DNA of 64,000 nucleotides, taken from the IMG/VR virus record IMGVR_UViG_3300044213_000060, positions 1 to 64,000 of that record, one strand, 5' to 3'. Of this stretch, positions 18,883 to 30,600 are shown piece after piece. The notes beneath the pieces are model-generated. The model was not told where the DNA came from. It saw only the letters and a list, made by a program, of their open reading frames with translations, and ran no database searches. The position numbers were made by a program, and so were the translations under genes. How positions within the stretch are numbered: position 1 is the first letter of the stretch; each line of letters opens with the position of its first letter. This DNA is from a virus.

Positions 18883-19365
18883 ATGATACCTACTTTTACC
18901 AAATATCAAATTCGCGGACTACTAGTTCAATTGACTAAAATTGACTATGTCACACCAACGAACCCACAGACCATGTTTGGCAGATATCGCATACCTGATA
19001 TTGTACTACAAGCAAAAGGGTACCGTGACGCAAATAACAATTGGTTAGGAAAAAATGCAGTAAGAACTACTAATACATTTGTATTAAGTACCGGACTGCA
19101 GGACACAATAATGGCCGACATCGTGCAGAGATTATACTTGTCATTGATCAATAATGGCACTATTCAAGATGGTGATCCTACTGATGTTGCTGCTGGATTA
19201 TTGTTGGTAGCGTACTTTTTGATGTCTTGGTATCCCTACGAAATCACAGCCGCAGAAGCAGCTCGTCAATGGAAGTTGAATGCTCTAAGTCCCGATAACA
19301 TTGGATCAGCACAGTATTTTAACTATGGTAGATATGCAGTGAATCAACTAAGTACACTATATTAG
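18883..19365 (+). CDS. Hypothetical protein, possibly a detached lysozyme-like domain of the spike
   Basis: Starts 1 nt after the gp5-like stop; GRY...L..KGY...WLGK...F....LQD pattern recalls phage lysozyme-like domains. Confidence 0.35.
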   Translation: MIPTFTKYQIRGLLVQLTKIDYVTPTNPQTMFGRYRIPDIVLQAKGYRDANNNWLGKNAVRTTNTFVLSTGLQDTIMADIVQRLYLSLINNGTIQDGDPTDVAAGLLLVAYFLMSWYPYEITAAEAARQWKLNALSPDNIGSAQYFNYGRYAVNQLSTLY

Positions 19366-19375
19366 GAACAGGCAA

Positions 19376-20791
19376 ATGGGAGTTTACGATCAACTCAGTA
19401 GTCAGATGCAATCGCAGATATCTAGTATATCTAATGGCGTATCATCGGCTATTCCCAGTGATGGAGTTGGCAGCGGGTTAAGTCTAGATCAACTTAAATC
19501 TATAAAGGCCAGTGCGATTGCAAGTGGGCAAGATCCTGCTGCTGCAGTGTCTAGCGCAATATCAGGTGCAGGAGTTAGTTTGCCTGGTGTTCCGTCTAGT
19601 GCTGCAATTGCAGCGTCGGCTAGTGCACTATCAGCATTTAAATTACCTAGTATAGCCAGAATAGATCTACAACAGTTAGCCAGTGAAAAAATAAAACCAG
19701 AAACGTTGTCCGATGTCTCTGCGGCTGCAGATTCAGCTTCTGCTACTGCAGATAGTGTAAAAACAAAATTAGCAAAACTTCAATCTGCAATGAGCAGTAA
19801 TCCTTTGACTGCGGGACTAAGTGCAGGATTACCAAGTTTACCTAGCAATCCGTTATCGTCTGCAAGTATAGTATCCGCAGCAGGTAGTGCTGCCGAAGTC
19901 AGTGCCACAGACTTATCAAGTAAATTAGCAAAAATACAAGCCGTTTCAGGAAACAATCCGTTGGTAGCAGCATCTGCTTCAACTTTGTCTGCGGCATCAA
20001 GTCTTACAGGTTCATTGTCGTCAAGTGCAGTATCAGCATTTAATTCAGCGTCTGCTGCAGCTGCAGGAGCTGCAAATAAATTAGTTAGTGGTCTAGCCAG
20101 TGGAGCACCTAATATTAGTGCGTTAGCTAGTTCAGCGGGATCAGCATTTACTGCAAAAGCCGACGCTTTTGCTGCAGTAAGTGCATCTGCAGCCGCGCTA
20201 GGAAAAGTATTACCAAATGTTAAATCATTGGCTATTAATCCAGATACAATAATTGCCCGAGCACAAGCTGCAGGATTGCCGTTGCCGTCTGGCGGATTAT
20301 TGGCTCTAAAAGATGCAGCAGCAAAAGTACAACTGACTCCAGAGCAAAAACAACAACTCATTGCAGACGCCAAAGACAAAGGAATTTCGCCGGCAGTTGC
20401 ACTAGCAAATGCAAGTTTAAATGGCGTAGCTGCACAATTAGCATTGCCTAGCACATTTAAACCACCAGCTTTTCCTAGCGTATTACCTAAGTTGCCGTCG
20501 CTTGATACAAGTAGTATACCAAGTGCATTTCCTACAGGTGTGCTGGGTGCTGCAAGTTCGTTAACTAATGCGGCACAATCAGCTACCTCTGCATTAACTG
20601 GTATATCTAGTCTAGCACCAGGATTATCTGCTACTGCCGGACAAGCTGTTAATGGAGTTAGCAGTCAATTGATACCAAGCCCAGCTTATGCAGTTGACAT
20701 ATTAGCTGCAGGGAGTAAAACGATCGGTGGGCAAACCGCACAAATACTAGCCGACGGTTATGGCGTAGTTGGAATTAAATCAGTAGGATAA
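19376..20791 (+). CDS. Ala/Ser-rich low-complexity virion-associated protein
   Basis: 471 aa with internal repeat KLAKLQSAMSSNPL / KLAKIQAVSGNNPL; lies within the baseplate module. Confidence 0.55.
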   Translation: MGVYDQLSSQMQSQISSISNGVSSAIPSDGVGSGLSLDQLKSIKASAIASGQDPAAAVSSAISGAGVSLPGVPSSAAIAASASALSAFKLPSIARIDLQQLASEKIKPETLSDVSAAADSASATADSVKTKLAKLQSAMSSNPLTAGLSAGLPSLPSNPLSSASIVSAAGSAAEVSATDLSSKLAKIQAVSGNNPLVAASASTLSAASSLTGSLSSSAVSAFNSASAAAAGAANKLVSGLASGAPNISALASSAGSAFTAKADAFAAVSASAAALGKVLPNVKSLAINPDTIIARAQAAGLPLPSGGLLALKDAAAKVQLTPEQKQQLIADAKDKGISPAVALANASLNGVAAQLALPSTFKPPAFPSVLPKLPSLDTSSIPSAFPTGVLGAASSLTNAAQSATSALTGISSLAPGLSATAGQAVNGVSSQLIPSPAYAVDILAAGSKTIGGQTAQILADGYGVVGIKSVG

Positions 20792-20799
20792 GTATTATT

Positions 20800-21180
20800 A
20801 TGGCAATAACATACAAAGGTTTTAGTACAGTAGGACGCTACAAAAAGTTTAGATTAACTGATTTTGATTTAGTCAAGCAAGATCTGTTAAATCACTTTAA
20901 TATTCGACGCGGCGAAAAACTCATGCAACCAAATTTTGGCACTATAATTTGGGATATGATTTTTGAACCCTTAACTGAAGAAACCAAAGCCGTTATTATT
21001 GCTGACCTACAACAAATAGTTGCGTATGATCCTCGCATTTATGTGACTAGAATAACTGTAGATCAACTTGATGCCGGACTACAATTAGAGTTTGATATTA
21101 CATATGTACCAACAGATCAAACACAAAATATGTATCTAACATTTGACGGACACAGTAGAACACTAACTACTGGATCTTAA
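20800..21180 (+). CDS. Baseplate wedge subunit (gp25-like)
   Basis: GEKLMQPNFGTIIWDMIFEP...YDPRI gp25 signature. Confidence 0.9.
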   Translation: MAITYKGFSTVGRYKKFRLTDFDLVKQDLLNHFNIRRGEKLMQPNFGTIIWDMIFEPLTEETKAVIIADLQQIVAYDPRIYVTRITVDQLDAGLQLEFDITYVPTDQTQNMYLTFDGHSRTLTTGS

Positions 21181-21200
21181 TATTAGCATAAAATAAAGCA

Positions 21201-21208
21201 GATAAATA
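21201..21208 (+). promoter_or_regulatory. Putative late promoter (GATAAATA)
   Basis: Upstream of the gp6-like gene. Confidence 0.5.
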
Positions 21209-21228
21209 TCTAATATAGGTATTTGTCC

Positions 21229-24200
21229 ATGGCATTAACAACACGTCAAACAAGTTTATTAGTCCAGCAAGACTGGACAAAAGTATATCAGACTTTTAGA
21301 GAAGCTGATTTCCAAAGCTACGACTTTGAAACTCTACGCAAGTCAATGATTGACTATTTGCGTGCATATTATCCTGAAGATTTTAACGATTTCACAGACA
21401 GCAGTGAATACATTGCACTTATCGATTTAATTGCATTTTTAGGACAAAGTCTAGCATTTCGCACAGATTTAAACGCCCGTGAAAATTTTATAGATACTGC
21501 ACAACGTCGTGACAGTATTCTTAAACTTGCAAGATTAATTAGCTATAACCCAAAGCGTAATGTAAGTGCTTCGGGGTATTTGAAATTTGATACAGTTAGC
21601 ACAACCGAAAGCGTCACAGACAGCAATGGACTTAATCTAGCTAACTTAGTAATTTCATGGAATGACGCCAGCAACGATAATTGGCTAGAACAGTTTACTA
21701 CTATTTTAAATTCTGTGTTAGTTTCTAATCAAATTATAGGTAAACCTGGAGCTAGTCAAACACTTAATGGCATACAAACAGATGAATATGCTATTTCTAT
21801 TCCAGCTAGCCAGGTACCGGTTGCACCATATGTTGCTCAAGTTGAAGGGTTAACTACAAATTTTGAAGCTGTAAGTGCTACCAGCGCCAACGAAAGTTAT
21901 GTTTATGAAGTAAATCCTACACCAGCAGGTAAGTTTAACTTTTTATATCGTAATGACAATCTAGGTAACGGTAGCGTCAACACTGGATTTTTCTTTTATT
22001 TTAAACAAGGAACACTACAAACTCAAGTTTTTAATATTGCAGATAGTTTACCAAATCGCGTTGTAAACATAAATTTTGATAACATAAACAATACCGATGT
22101 ATGGTTGTATGCTTTAGATCAAAGCAATAATGACAGTACTACATGGACATCAGTACCGGCAGTCAACGGTATTAATATTGTTTACAATAATTCTACAAAT
22201 AGAAACCTATACCAAATTAATACAAGAGCCAATGATCAAATTGATCTAGTATTTGGTGATGGATCTTTTACAAATGTACCACAAGGCAACTTTAGATTGT
22301 ATTATCGCCAGGGAAATAATCTTAGTTATAAGATTACTCCTGAAGAAATGCAAAACATTACTTTAACTATTCCATACATTAGTGCCAAGGGTGTTACAGA
22401 AAGCTTAACAGTACGTGCAAGTTTAAAATACACAGTGACCAACGCCAATACTCGAGAAAGTATTGATAATATTAGAGCTAAAGCTCCACAACAGTATTAT
22501 ACTCAAAATCGTATGATCACTGGTGAAGATTATAATATTTTGCCGTATACAACTTTTAATGATATTTTAAAAGTAAAAACAGTTAATCGTACCAGCAGTG
22601 GTATTAGCCGTTATTTAGATGTTATTGATGTTACTGGAAAATATTCTAGTACAAATATTTTTGCTGAAGATGGTATAATTTATAAAGCACCAACAAGTCA
22701 AACACTTAACTTTCAGTTTAGCAGCAGTAGTCAAGTAGCTGCAATTGTTATTGACCAACTTCGTCCGCTGATTGCATCAAAAGAAATGCAACATTTATTC
22801 TATGATACTGCTACAAGACCAGTGCCGTTGAATTCAAATACAAACACATGGTATCAAGCGAGTTATAGTACTAATTCTAGTGTTGGTTATTTTTTAGATA
22901 ATTCTGGAAATCCTGTTAGTATTGGCCTAGGAGCAGCAAATAATTTTCAGTTCGTTACAGTAGGAGCATTACTGCATTTTGTTGCACCCTCGGGATATTA
23001 TTTTAATGCCCAAAATAATTTAGTAGCCGGAGCACCACAAACAAAAAATGATCGTTTAGAAATATGGGCTAGTGTTGCTTATAACAATAATACACAAGCC
23101 AATTTAAACAGTATAGTTCCAACAAATGCTGTATTAAAAGAAATTATTCCTGCATGGACTACTACTTGGTCCAATGATATTATTACTAGCATTGTTAATA
23201 ATATCCTAACTTATAATAAGAAATTTGGTTTACGTTACAGCACGGGTGTTAAATCTGATGGCATAACACAACAGATAGCTGGCTGGAGATTAATCGACCA
23301 ATCAGATATTAGTGACGCTGATTTTAGTCTGCAATACGAAGGCGACATTAGCGGTCAAGGATTAGATAGTAGTTGGTTATTAAAATTTGAATATATCAAT
23401 CAAGAATATGTGGTAACCTACAGAGGGTTAAGTTATGTATTTGAAAGCGTATTAGAAACACGTTTTTACTTTGACCCACAGGTCAAAGTGTATGATACAA
23501 CACTTGGTACTACCATATTAGATCAAATTAAAGTATTGAAAACAAATACACAACCCGATAATCTGTTACCATTGGGAACTGATCAAGCCTGGACAATTTA
23601 TAACAATATTGTACAAAGCGATGGCTATGAAGATAATACAAAAATATTGATCACATTCCCTGATACTAATGCCACGGGTATCCCTGATGATCCTGATTTG
23701 TTTACAAAATTAGTAGCTCCATTAGTTAATCCTACGCAAAAATATGTTTACTTTAAACAAAATACCGCAGACACTACGGATTTTATAAATGTAACTCCGG
23801 TGGCAGAAGGAGTAGTTATTTCTAACTACGGAACACAAAATGAAATTATCAGTAAGTTAGGATTGTTCCCTGTCAATACAATTTTTTATGCTTACAGCGA
23901 AAATGCGTTTTATCAATTTGTTGATCCTAATCTAGTAGAGTTAACCGACTACACAGTTAAAACTGGAAGAAGCGGTTTATACTTCCAATACACACATGCA
24001 AGTCCAAATAATCGTAGAATAGATCCAAGTCCATCCAATATCATGGATTTATATATTCTTACAAAAACATACAGTGATGATTATTTTAGTTGGGTTCGAG
24101 ACAACACAGGTAAAATCTCAGAACCTGTTGCACCAACCAGCGAAGAATTAAAAACAAATTTTGGTACACTAGAAAATTATAAAGCATTAAGTGATACTAT

Positions 24201-24609
24201 CATTTATAATACTGTATCATTTAAACCACTGTTTGGTAACAAAGCTGCAACTTCTCTCCGTGCCACATTTAAAGTAGTAAAAAATCCTAATGTTGTTATC
24301 AGTGACAACGATGTTAAGAGTTCTGTTATTGCAGCTATCAATAATTATTTTGATATTGGCAACTGGGATTTTGGTGAAACTTTTTATTTTAGTGAATTAA
24401 GTGCTTATCTACATCAATCTCTAACACCTAATATTGCAAGTATTATTATTGTCCCAACTGCCGGAACAACCAGTTTTGGTGGCTTATATCAAATTAATGC
24501 TGAGCCCAATGAGATCGTTGTTAGTTGTGCCACTGTTGACAATGTAGAAATTATTAGTGCCATCACTGCTGCTCAAATCAACCTGACTGCGGCAGGCTTA
24601 AATATATAA
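21229..24609 (+). CDS. Baseplate wedge protein (gp6-like)
   Basis: DFETLRKSMIDYL, ENFIDTAQRRDSILKLARLISYNPKR, FGDG and ESIDNIRAKAP...QNRMITGEDY; ATG at 21229. Confidence 0.88.
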   Translation: MALTTRQTSLLVQQDWTKVYQTFREADFQSYDFETLRKSMIDYLRAYYPEDFNDFTDSSEYIALIDLIAFLGQSLAFRTDLNARENFIDTAQRRDSILKLARLISYNPKRNVSASGYLKFDTVSTTESVTDSNGLNLANLVISWNDASNDNWLEQFTTILNSVLVSNQIIGKPGASQTLNGIQTDEYAISIPASQVPVAPYVAQVEGLTTNFEAVSATSANESYVYEVNPTPAGKFNFLYRNDNLGNGSVNTGFFFYFKQGTLQTQVFNIADSLPNRVVNINFDNINNTDVWLYALDQSNNDSTTWTSVPAVNGINIVYNNSTNRNLYQINTRANDQIDLVFGDGSFTNVPQGNFRLYYRQGNNLSYKITPEEMQNITLTIPYISAKGVTESLTVRASLKYTVTNANTRESIDNIRAKAPQQYYTQNRMITGEDYNILPYTTFNDILKVKTVNRTSSGISRYLDVIDVTGKYSSTNIFAEDGIIYKAPTSQTLNFQFSSSSQVAAIVIDQLRPLIASKEMQHLFYDTATRPVPLNSNTNTWYQASYSTNSSVGYFLDNSGNPVSIGLGAANNFQFVTVGALLHFVAPSGYYFNAQNNLVAGAPQTKNDRLEIWASVAYNNNTQANLNSIVPTNAVLKEIIPAWTTTWSNDIITSIVNNILTYNKKFGLRYSTGVKSDGITQQIAGWRLIDQSDISDADFSLQYEGDISGQGLDSSWLLKFEYINQEYVVTYRGLSYVFESVLETRFYFDPQVKVYDTTLGTTILDQIKVLKTNTQPDNLLPLGTDQAWTIYNNIVQSDGYEDNTKILITFPDTNATGIPDDPDLFTKLVAPLVNPTQKYVYFKQNTADTTDFINVTPVAEGVVISNYGTQNEIISKLGLFPVNTIFYAYSENAFYQFVDPNLVELTDYTVKTGRSGLYFQYTHASPNNRRIDPSPSNIMDLYILTKTYSDDYFSWVRDNTGKISEPVAPTSEELKTNFGTLENYKALSDTIIYNTVSFKPLFGNKAATSLRATFKVVKNPNVVISDNDVKSSVIAAINNYFDIGNWDFGETFYFSELSAYLHQSLTPNIASIIIVPTAGTTSFGGLYQINAEPNEIVVSCATVDNVEIISAITAAQINLTAAGLNI

Positions 24610-24624
24610 ACTAGGTAATTTTTA

Positions 24625-27600
24625 ATGGCTGCTACACGAACAATACAATTTCTACCAGAAATATTTAGAACAGACACAAATCAAAAGTTCTTAAATGCAA
24701 CTTTAGATCAGTTGGTCACAGAACCTGATTTTCGAAAGATTAACGGATATATTGGTAGAGAATTTGCCCCTAGTTATAAATCAACAGACAACTATATTGC
24801 CGAGCCTAGCACAGATAGACAAAACTATCAGTTAGAGCCGCATGTTGTTATTAATAATCCTTTAACAAATAATTTAGATTTTTATTCTGGATACACAGAT
24901 GTAGTCAATAAAATTGGATACTATGGCGGTAACACAACAAATCATAATAGACTTTTTAACAGCGAATATTATACGTTTGATGGACATTTTGATCTAGACA
25001 AATTTGTAAACTTTAATAATTATTACTGGTTGCCATATGGTCCAGATGCGGTTCCTTTGTCTTCGGGCGGAGTTCCGAAAACATATACATATGATGTAAC
25101 GTTTGATAGTGCAAGTCGTAGCTGGCGTTTTAGTAGTAATGGTGTTGAAAACAACCCTAATTTAATATTAGAACAAGGCGGAACATATACCTTTAACATC
25201 GATGAACCGGGCAATCAATTTTATATCCAAACAAAACCAAGCCAATCTGGCATGGATCCGGCACAACCAAACATTGACATTACACAAGTATTGGGAGTCG
25301 AAAATAACGGAACAGATGTTGGCACAATTACCTTTAACGTACCGCCGTTGGATGCACAAACACGTTGGACAAGCATGCCAATTGCTGGCACTGCCGATTT
25401 TGCAACAACATTATCTTACGCAGAGTTGCAAGGTCGGCCGGTTTCCGATATACAAACTGCATTAAATGGCATAGATGGTTATACTGGTAATTTTGATTTA
25501 AAAACAGTAATCTTTATTGGTAATTATGTTGATGACAAATACTGGACTTCGTTGTCTGAGTTCGACACAGACACTTTTGATTCTGTATTTGATATTTCAG
25601 GAACAGTTCCTGAAAATCAAAGGACTGGTATTTTTAGGATAAATGTTGTTAACGATACATATAGTCAGCCACATGTTTTATTAACTCCGATAATTGCAGT
25701 TAATAACAATACTAAAGTATATGTTCAAGCTGGTGTTGTTTATGCTACTGAAAGTTTCTACGTAGATACAAATAACCTATATCAAAAAGTACCTCTTATT
25801 ACCGCACCGTTGACTACATTATATTATCAAAGTAGACAATATGCGGCAGCTGGTAGTATATCGATTAGTAATACGCAAACCTCTGCAATTAATCCTGCAG
25901 TAGATATTGTTGGAAAAACAAATTATACAAGTCCTAATGGCGTTACTTTAACAAACGGGTTAAAAGTAAAATTTGATTCTACTGCTACTGGTGTTTACGC
26001 CGGAAATTCCTATTATGTTGAAGGGGTTGGCTCTGCAATAGTATTAATTGATATTAATAATACTGTAACTCCAGAACTATCAGATACAACAACGTATATA
26101 GGATTTGATGCAACCGGTCACGGTTTTGATTTTGACCAGTTTGATTCTACCATTACCGGCGCACTAACAACAGATTATATTACTATCAATAGAGCTAGTC
26201 AAGATTTAAATGCATGGAGCCGTAGTAATCGTTGGTTCCATATTGATGTTATAACGTCAAGTGCTTCTTATCTAGGTAATACACCGGTAATTGACCAACT
26301 TGCTCGAGCACAAAGACCTATTATTGAATTTGAAGCTAACTTACAATTGTTTAATTACGGCAAAGTAGCTAAGTTACCAGTTGATATTTTAGATACAAAT
26401 ATAACAAATGTCTACACTCAGCTAGAAGGACTACCATCTACAAAACCAACATCTGCAGATATCAATGTAAATGGAACTGTTATTACAATTAAAAATAATA
26501 GCAGAATAATTTTTAGTGCAGACTCTAATCCTAATGTTAGAAATAAAATTTACAGATTTAACATTGATAATAAAGTTGCAAGTGTAACAAATCCTGAATA
26601 TATTTGTTATATCACTGAAGAAGCTGATAGTTTAGTTGAAGCAGGTCATACTATTATTGTATTAAGCGGAGACAGTGCAGGATTACAATATTATTTTAAT
26701 GGTTCTATTTGGATTAAAGCACAACAAAAAACAGAAGTTAATCAACCACCGTTAATAGATGTTGTTGACAGCAATGGCAATAGTTTCAGCGATAAAAGCA
26801 TTTATACAAATAGTTCGTTTGCAGGAACAAAACTATTTTCTTATTCCGTTGGCACAGGAACTGTTGATAAAGTTCTAGGATTTCCTTTAAGTTATAGAAA
26901 TTTTAATAATATTGGCGATATACAATTTCAAAATAATTTTGACTTAGATACATTTACATATCTAATAGGTTCTACCGCAACATCTGCTAGTGTTAATACA
27001 GGATTGTTGGTTAAAAATTCTGGATTAACTTCTAGTACAAATGTAAACTTGTGGTCCAAGGTAAACAGTCCTAGCAAACAATATCAATTAAGAAAACACA
27101 TCTATGATGGGGCAAATAATTATTTTGAGTTAGATGTATTACCAAATCCGACTACGACCCAACCTAATTTAAAAATTGTAGTTAATAACACACCTGTGGC
27201 ATTAGGCGAATATGCAATTGTTAAAATTGTTGATAGATATGCAGTTGCAGTTAATTCTTCATTAATGGCCAAAGGAGATACAGTATATGTGCAGGTATAC
27301 AGTGATACACCTAGCAGTTTATCATATTATCAAATTCCCACAAATCTTGATTTAAACAGTTTGAATACAAATTTCCAATTGCTAACGCTTGGACAAATTC
27401 GTAACCATTTAAAAACTGTAGCACAAAATAATACCGGCATTACAGGACAGGTTCCTGGTAATAATAATCTGCGTGATATTGTTTATAAAAATACTCCAGG
27501 TACAATTTTACAACATAGTGCGCCACAAATTTACAGTAATTTGTTTTTAGTAAACAAAAATTTAAATTTTATAAATGGTCTGCGTCTAGCACAAAAAGAA

Positions 27601-30600
27601 TACAGCAAATTTAAAAATCGTTTTTTAGAAAATGCATTAAAGTTAGAAATTGATTACACAGATCCTGTTAGCGCAGTTGACACAATTTTAAACTCTATCA
27701 ACGCAGTAAAAAATCAAACATTCCCTTGGTACTACAGTGATATGGTACCATACGGTCAAGTTAAAACAGTATTACCTACTTATAAAGTCTTAACTGCAAG
27801 TATAAGAAGTTATGAAATTACCAGTATATTCAATGACGCCGAATTAAGTAATAGCGCGGTCTTAGTTTACTTAACTAGAATTATTGCCGGAGTCGCAAAT
27901 AAAACTCAATTAGTAAAAGATCGTGATTATAAATTTGATCAAGACAAACCAAGTATTACATTTTTAGATACTTTTGATTTAGTCTACGGTGACGAAATTA
28001 ATATTGTTGAGTATACAAATACAGATGGAAACTATATTCCCGAAACCCCTACAAAACTAGGATTGTATCCTAAATTTGTTCCTAGTATATTTGTAGATAA
28101 CACATACCTAACACCAACAACAGTAATACAAGGACACGATGGAAGTATAACTCCGGCGTTTGGCGATTTTAGAGATCAATTGTTGTTAGAACTTGAACTT
28201 AGAATTTATAACAATTTAAAGATTACCTATAACAAAAATAATTTTAATCTTTACGATTACATTCCTGGAAAATTTAGATTAACAGAATATAACCTAACCG
28301 AATTTAATAGAGTTATTACACAAAACTTCTTAGAATGGGTTGGAACAAATCGTTTAGATTATAGTTCAAATACTACGGCCACAAGCACTGACGGTTTTAC
28401 CTGGAATTATAAAGGGTATAATGATTTAATCACAGGCGAAGCGATGCCGGGATCTTGGAGAGCAGTATTTAAATATCTATTTGACACAGATCGTCCGCAT
28501 ACACATCCCTGGGAAATGTTAGGATTCACTGATAAGCCAACTTGGTGGGAAGAACGTTACGGACCTGCTCCTTATACAAGTGGCAACACAGTATTATGGA
28601 GTGATCTAAGTATTGGGTATATTTACAGTGGTGATCGTGTTGGTTTTGATGCACAATTCCAACGTCCCGGTTTGTTTAATTTTATTCCAGTAGACGACCA
28701 AGGTAATTTACGAGCACCAAGTGATTTTTTAACAAAAATCACTAACACAGGAAAGATTGGCGGAAGTTGGGAAATTGGAAATATGGGTCCAACAGAAACT
28801 GCTTGGCGCCGTAGTAGTGATTATCCGTTTGCGGTTCAATATGCTATGGCATTGATGAAACCTGCGAGATTTTTCGGAACATTAGTTAACATTGAAAGAT
28901 ACAGATATTTAACCGCCTTATCTCAGTTTGGCAACGTTACAACAAACAAACACCTACAACCAACAGACATTCAAATTAATGGGTATGTTAACACAGATGG
29001 AACTGTTGTTCGCACAGCTGGCTATATAAACTGGGTACGTGATTACTTGACTAATTTAGGCATTAGCAATAGTTCTAGTTATATTAAAAATATTTTGCTA
29101 AATCTTAATGTGCAGTTAGCTTATCACGTTGGTGGTTATACTGATAAAAATTATATAACAGTCTTAGCAGAACAAAGCAGTCCTAGCAGTATCAACGATA
29201 GCATCGTAGTTCCAAATGAAAACTATACTATCACATTGAACAAATCTTCGCCTACTGGTAAAATTTCTTATAGCGCAGTTATTGTTGAACGAACAAACAG
29301 TGGATACACAGTAACTGGATATAATTTAGCTAGTCCTTATTTTACAGTGATTCCAAGTCAAGTTGACAATAATTTTTATACTATAAAATCTGGCAGTGCC
29401 AGTGTATCAGTATACAGAAACTACAGACCTGTAAAAGTGCAGTTTAATTATGGCACTGAATTTACTTCTGTTCAACAGTTAGCTGATTTTCTAGTAGGAT
29501 ACCAACGATATTTAAAAAGTCAAGGGTTTGTATTTACAAATGTAGATCCGGATCTTCAAGAAACACTAGATTGGACTGTGAGTATCAAAGAATTTTTGCA
29601 CTGGAGTCAACAAGGTTGGGCCCCAGGCAATGTTATTGTATTAAGTCCAGTCAATACAAAATTAACTGCTGTTACCAAGTTATCGGTTGTTGATGAAATA
29701 AAAAATGCACCGTACAGCAGTAAAGTGTTAGATGTTAACTTTGCTACAATTAAATCTAACAATTTCTCAATTGCTAGAACTGGTAATCAATTTGACATTA
29801 CGAGCATCAGTGGACAAACAATTGCATTTGCAGAATTAGATCTAGTACAGTTTGAGCAGACCATTGTGTTTGATAACCAAACAGTGTTTAATGATATTAT
29901 TTACAGTCCCGAAACCGGTAATAGACAATATCGTTTAAAACTTGTTGGCAACAAAACCGGTGACTGGGATGGTAGTTTTAGTATTCCAGGATTTGTATAT
30001 AACAATAATCAAATCAATGATTGGCAACCCGGCACAGATTATCAGAAAGGTGATCTAGTCAAGTACAAATCAAGTTATTATACTGCCATAGCAGACACAT
30101 CGGGCTCGGCTACATTTGTTATTGCCAATTGGTCATTGATAGATGGTGCAACCATCAAGTCTGGTTTATTAAATAATTTTGGTTATAACTCGGGTAAGTT
30201 TAATCGCGTTTATGACATTGACAATCCAGTTGAAGATGCATCTTTGTTACAATTCAGTCAAGGCTTAACTGGATTTAGATCTAGAAGTTATCTAACAGAT
30301 ATCGGTGTAGACAACGACACACAAGCCAAGTTTTATCAAGGCTTTATTAAACAAAAAGGCACATTAAATGCTGTGAACGCATTCCAAGGTGCACAGTTTG
30401 GTGCGATAACTTCTAACATAGCATACAATGAAGAATGGGCTATTCGTGTTGGTGAATACGGTGCGTTAGACAGCAACAACTACATTGAAGTTGTTCTGCC
30501 TGAAACTAATATTCATACAAGTCCAACACCGATAGAATTTATTGAAAATACTGCAGAACGTCCTTACGATATACAAAGTTATAATGAAAATGATGTCTAT

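Noticed and set aside
19780-20454. 224-aa minus-strand ORF
   Set aside because: Mirror of the Ala/Ser-rich gene; GCN/TCN codon bias suppresses stops on the opposite strand.
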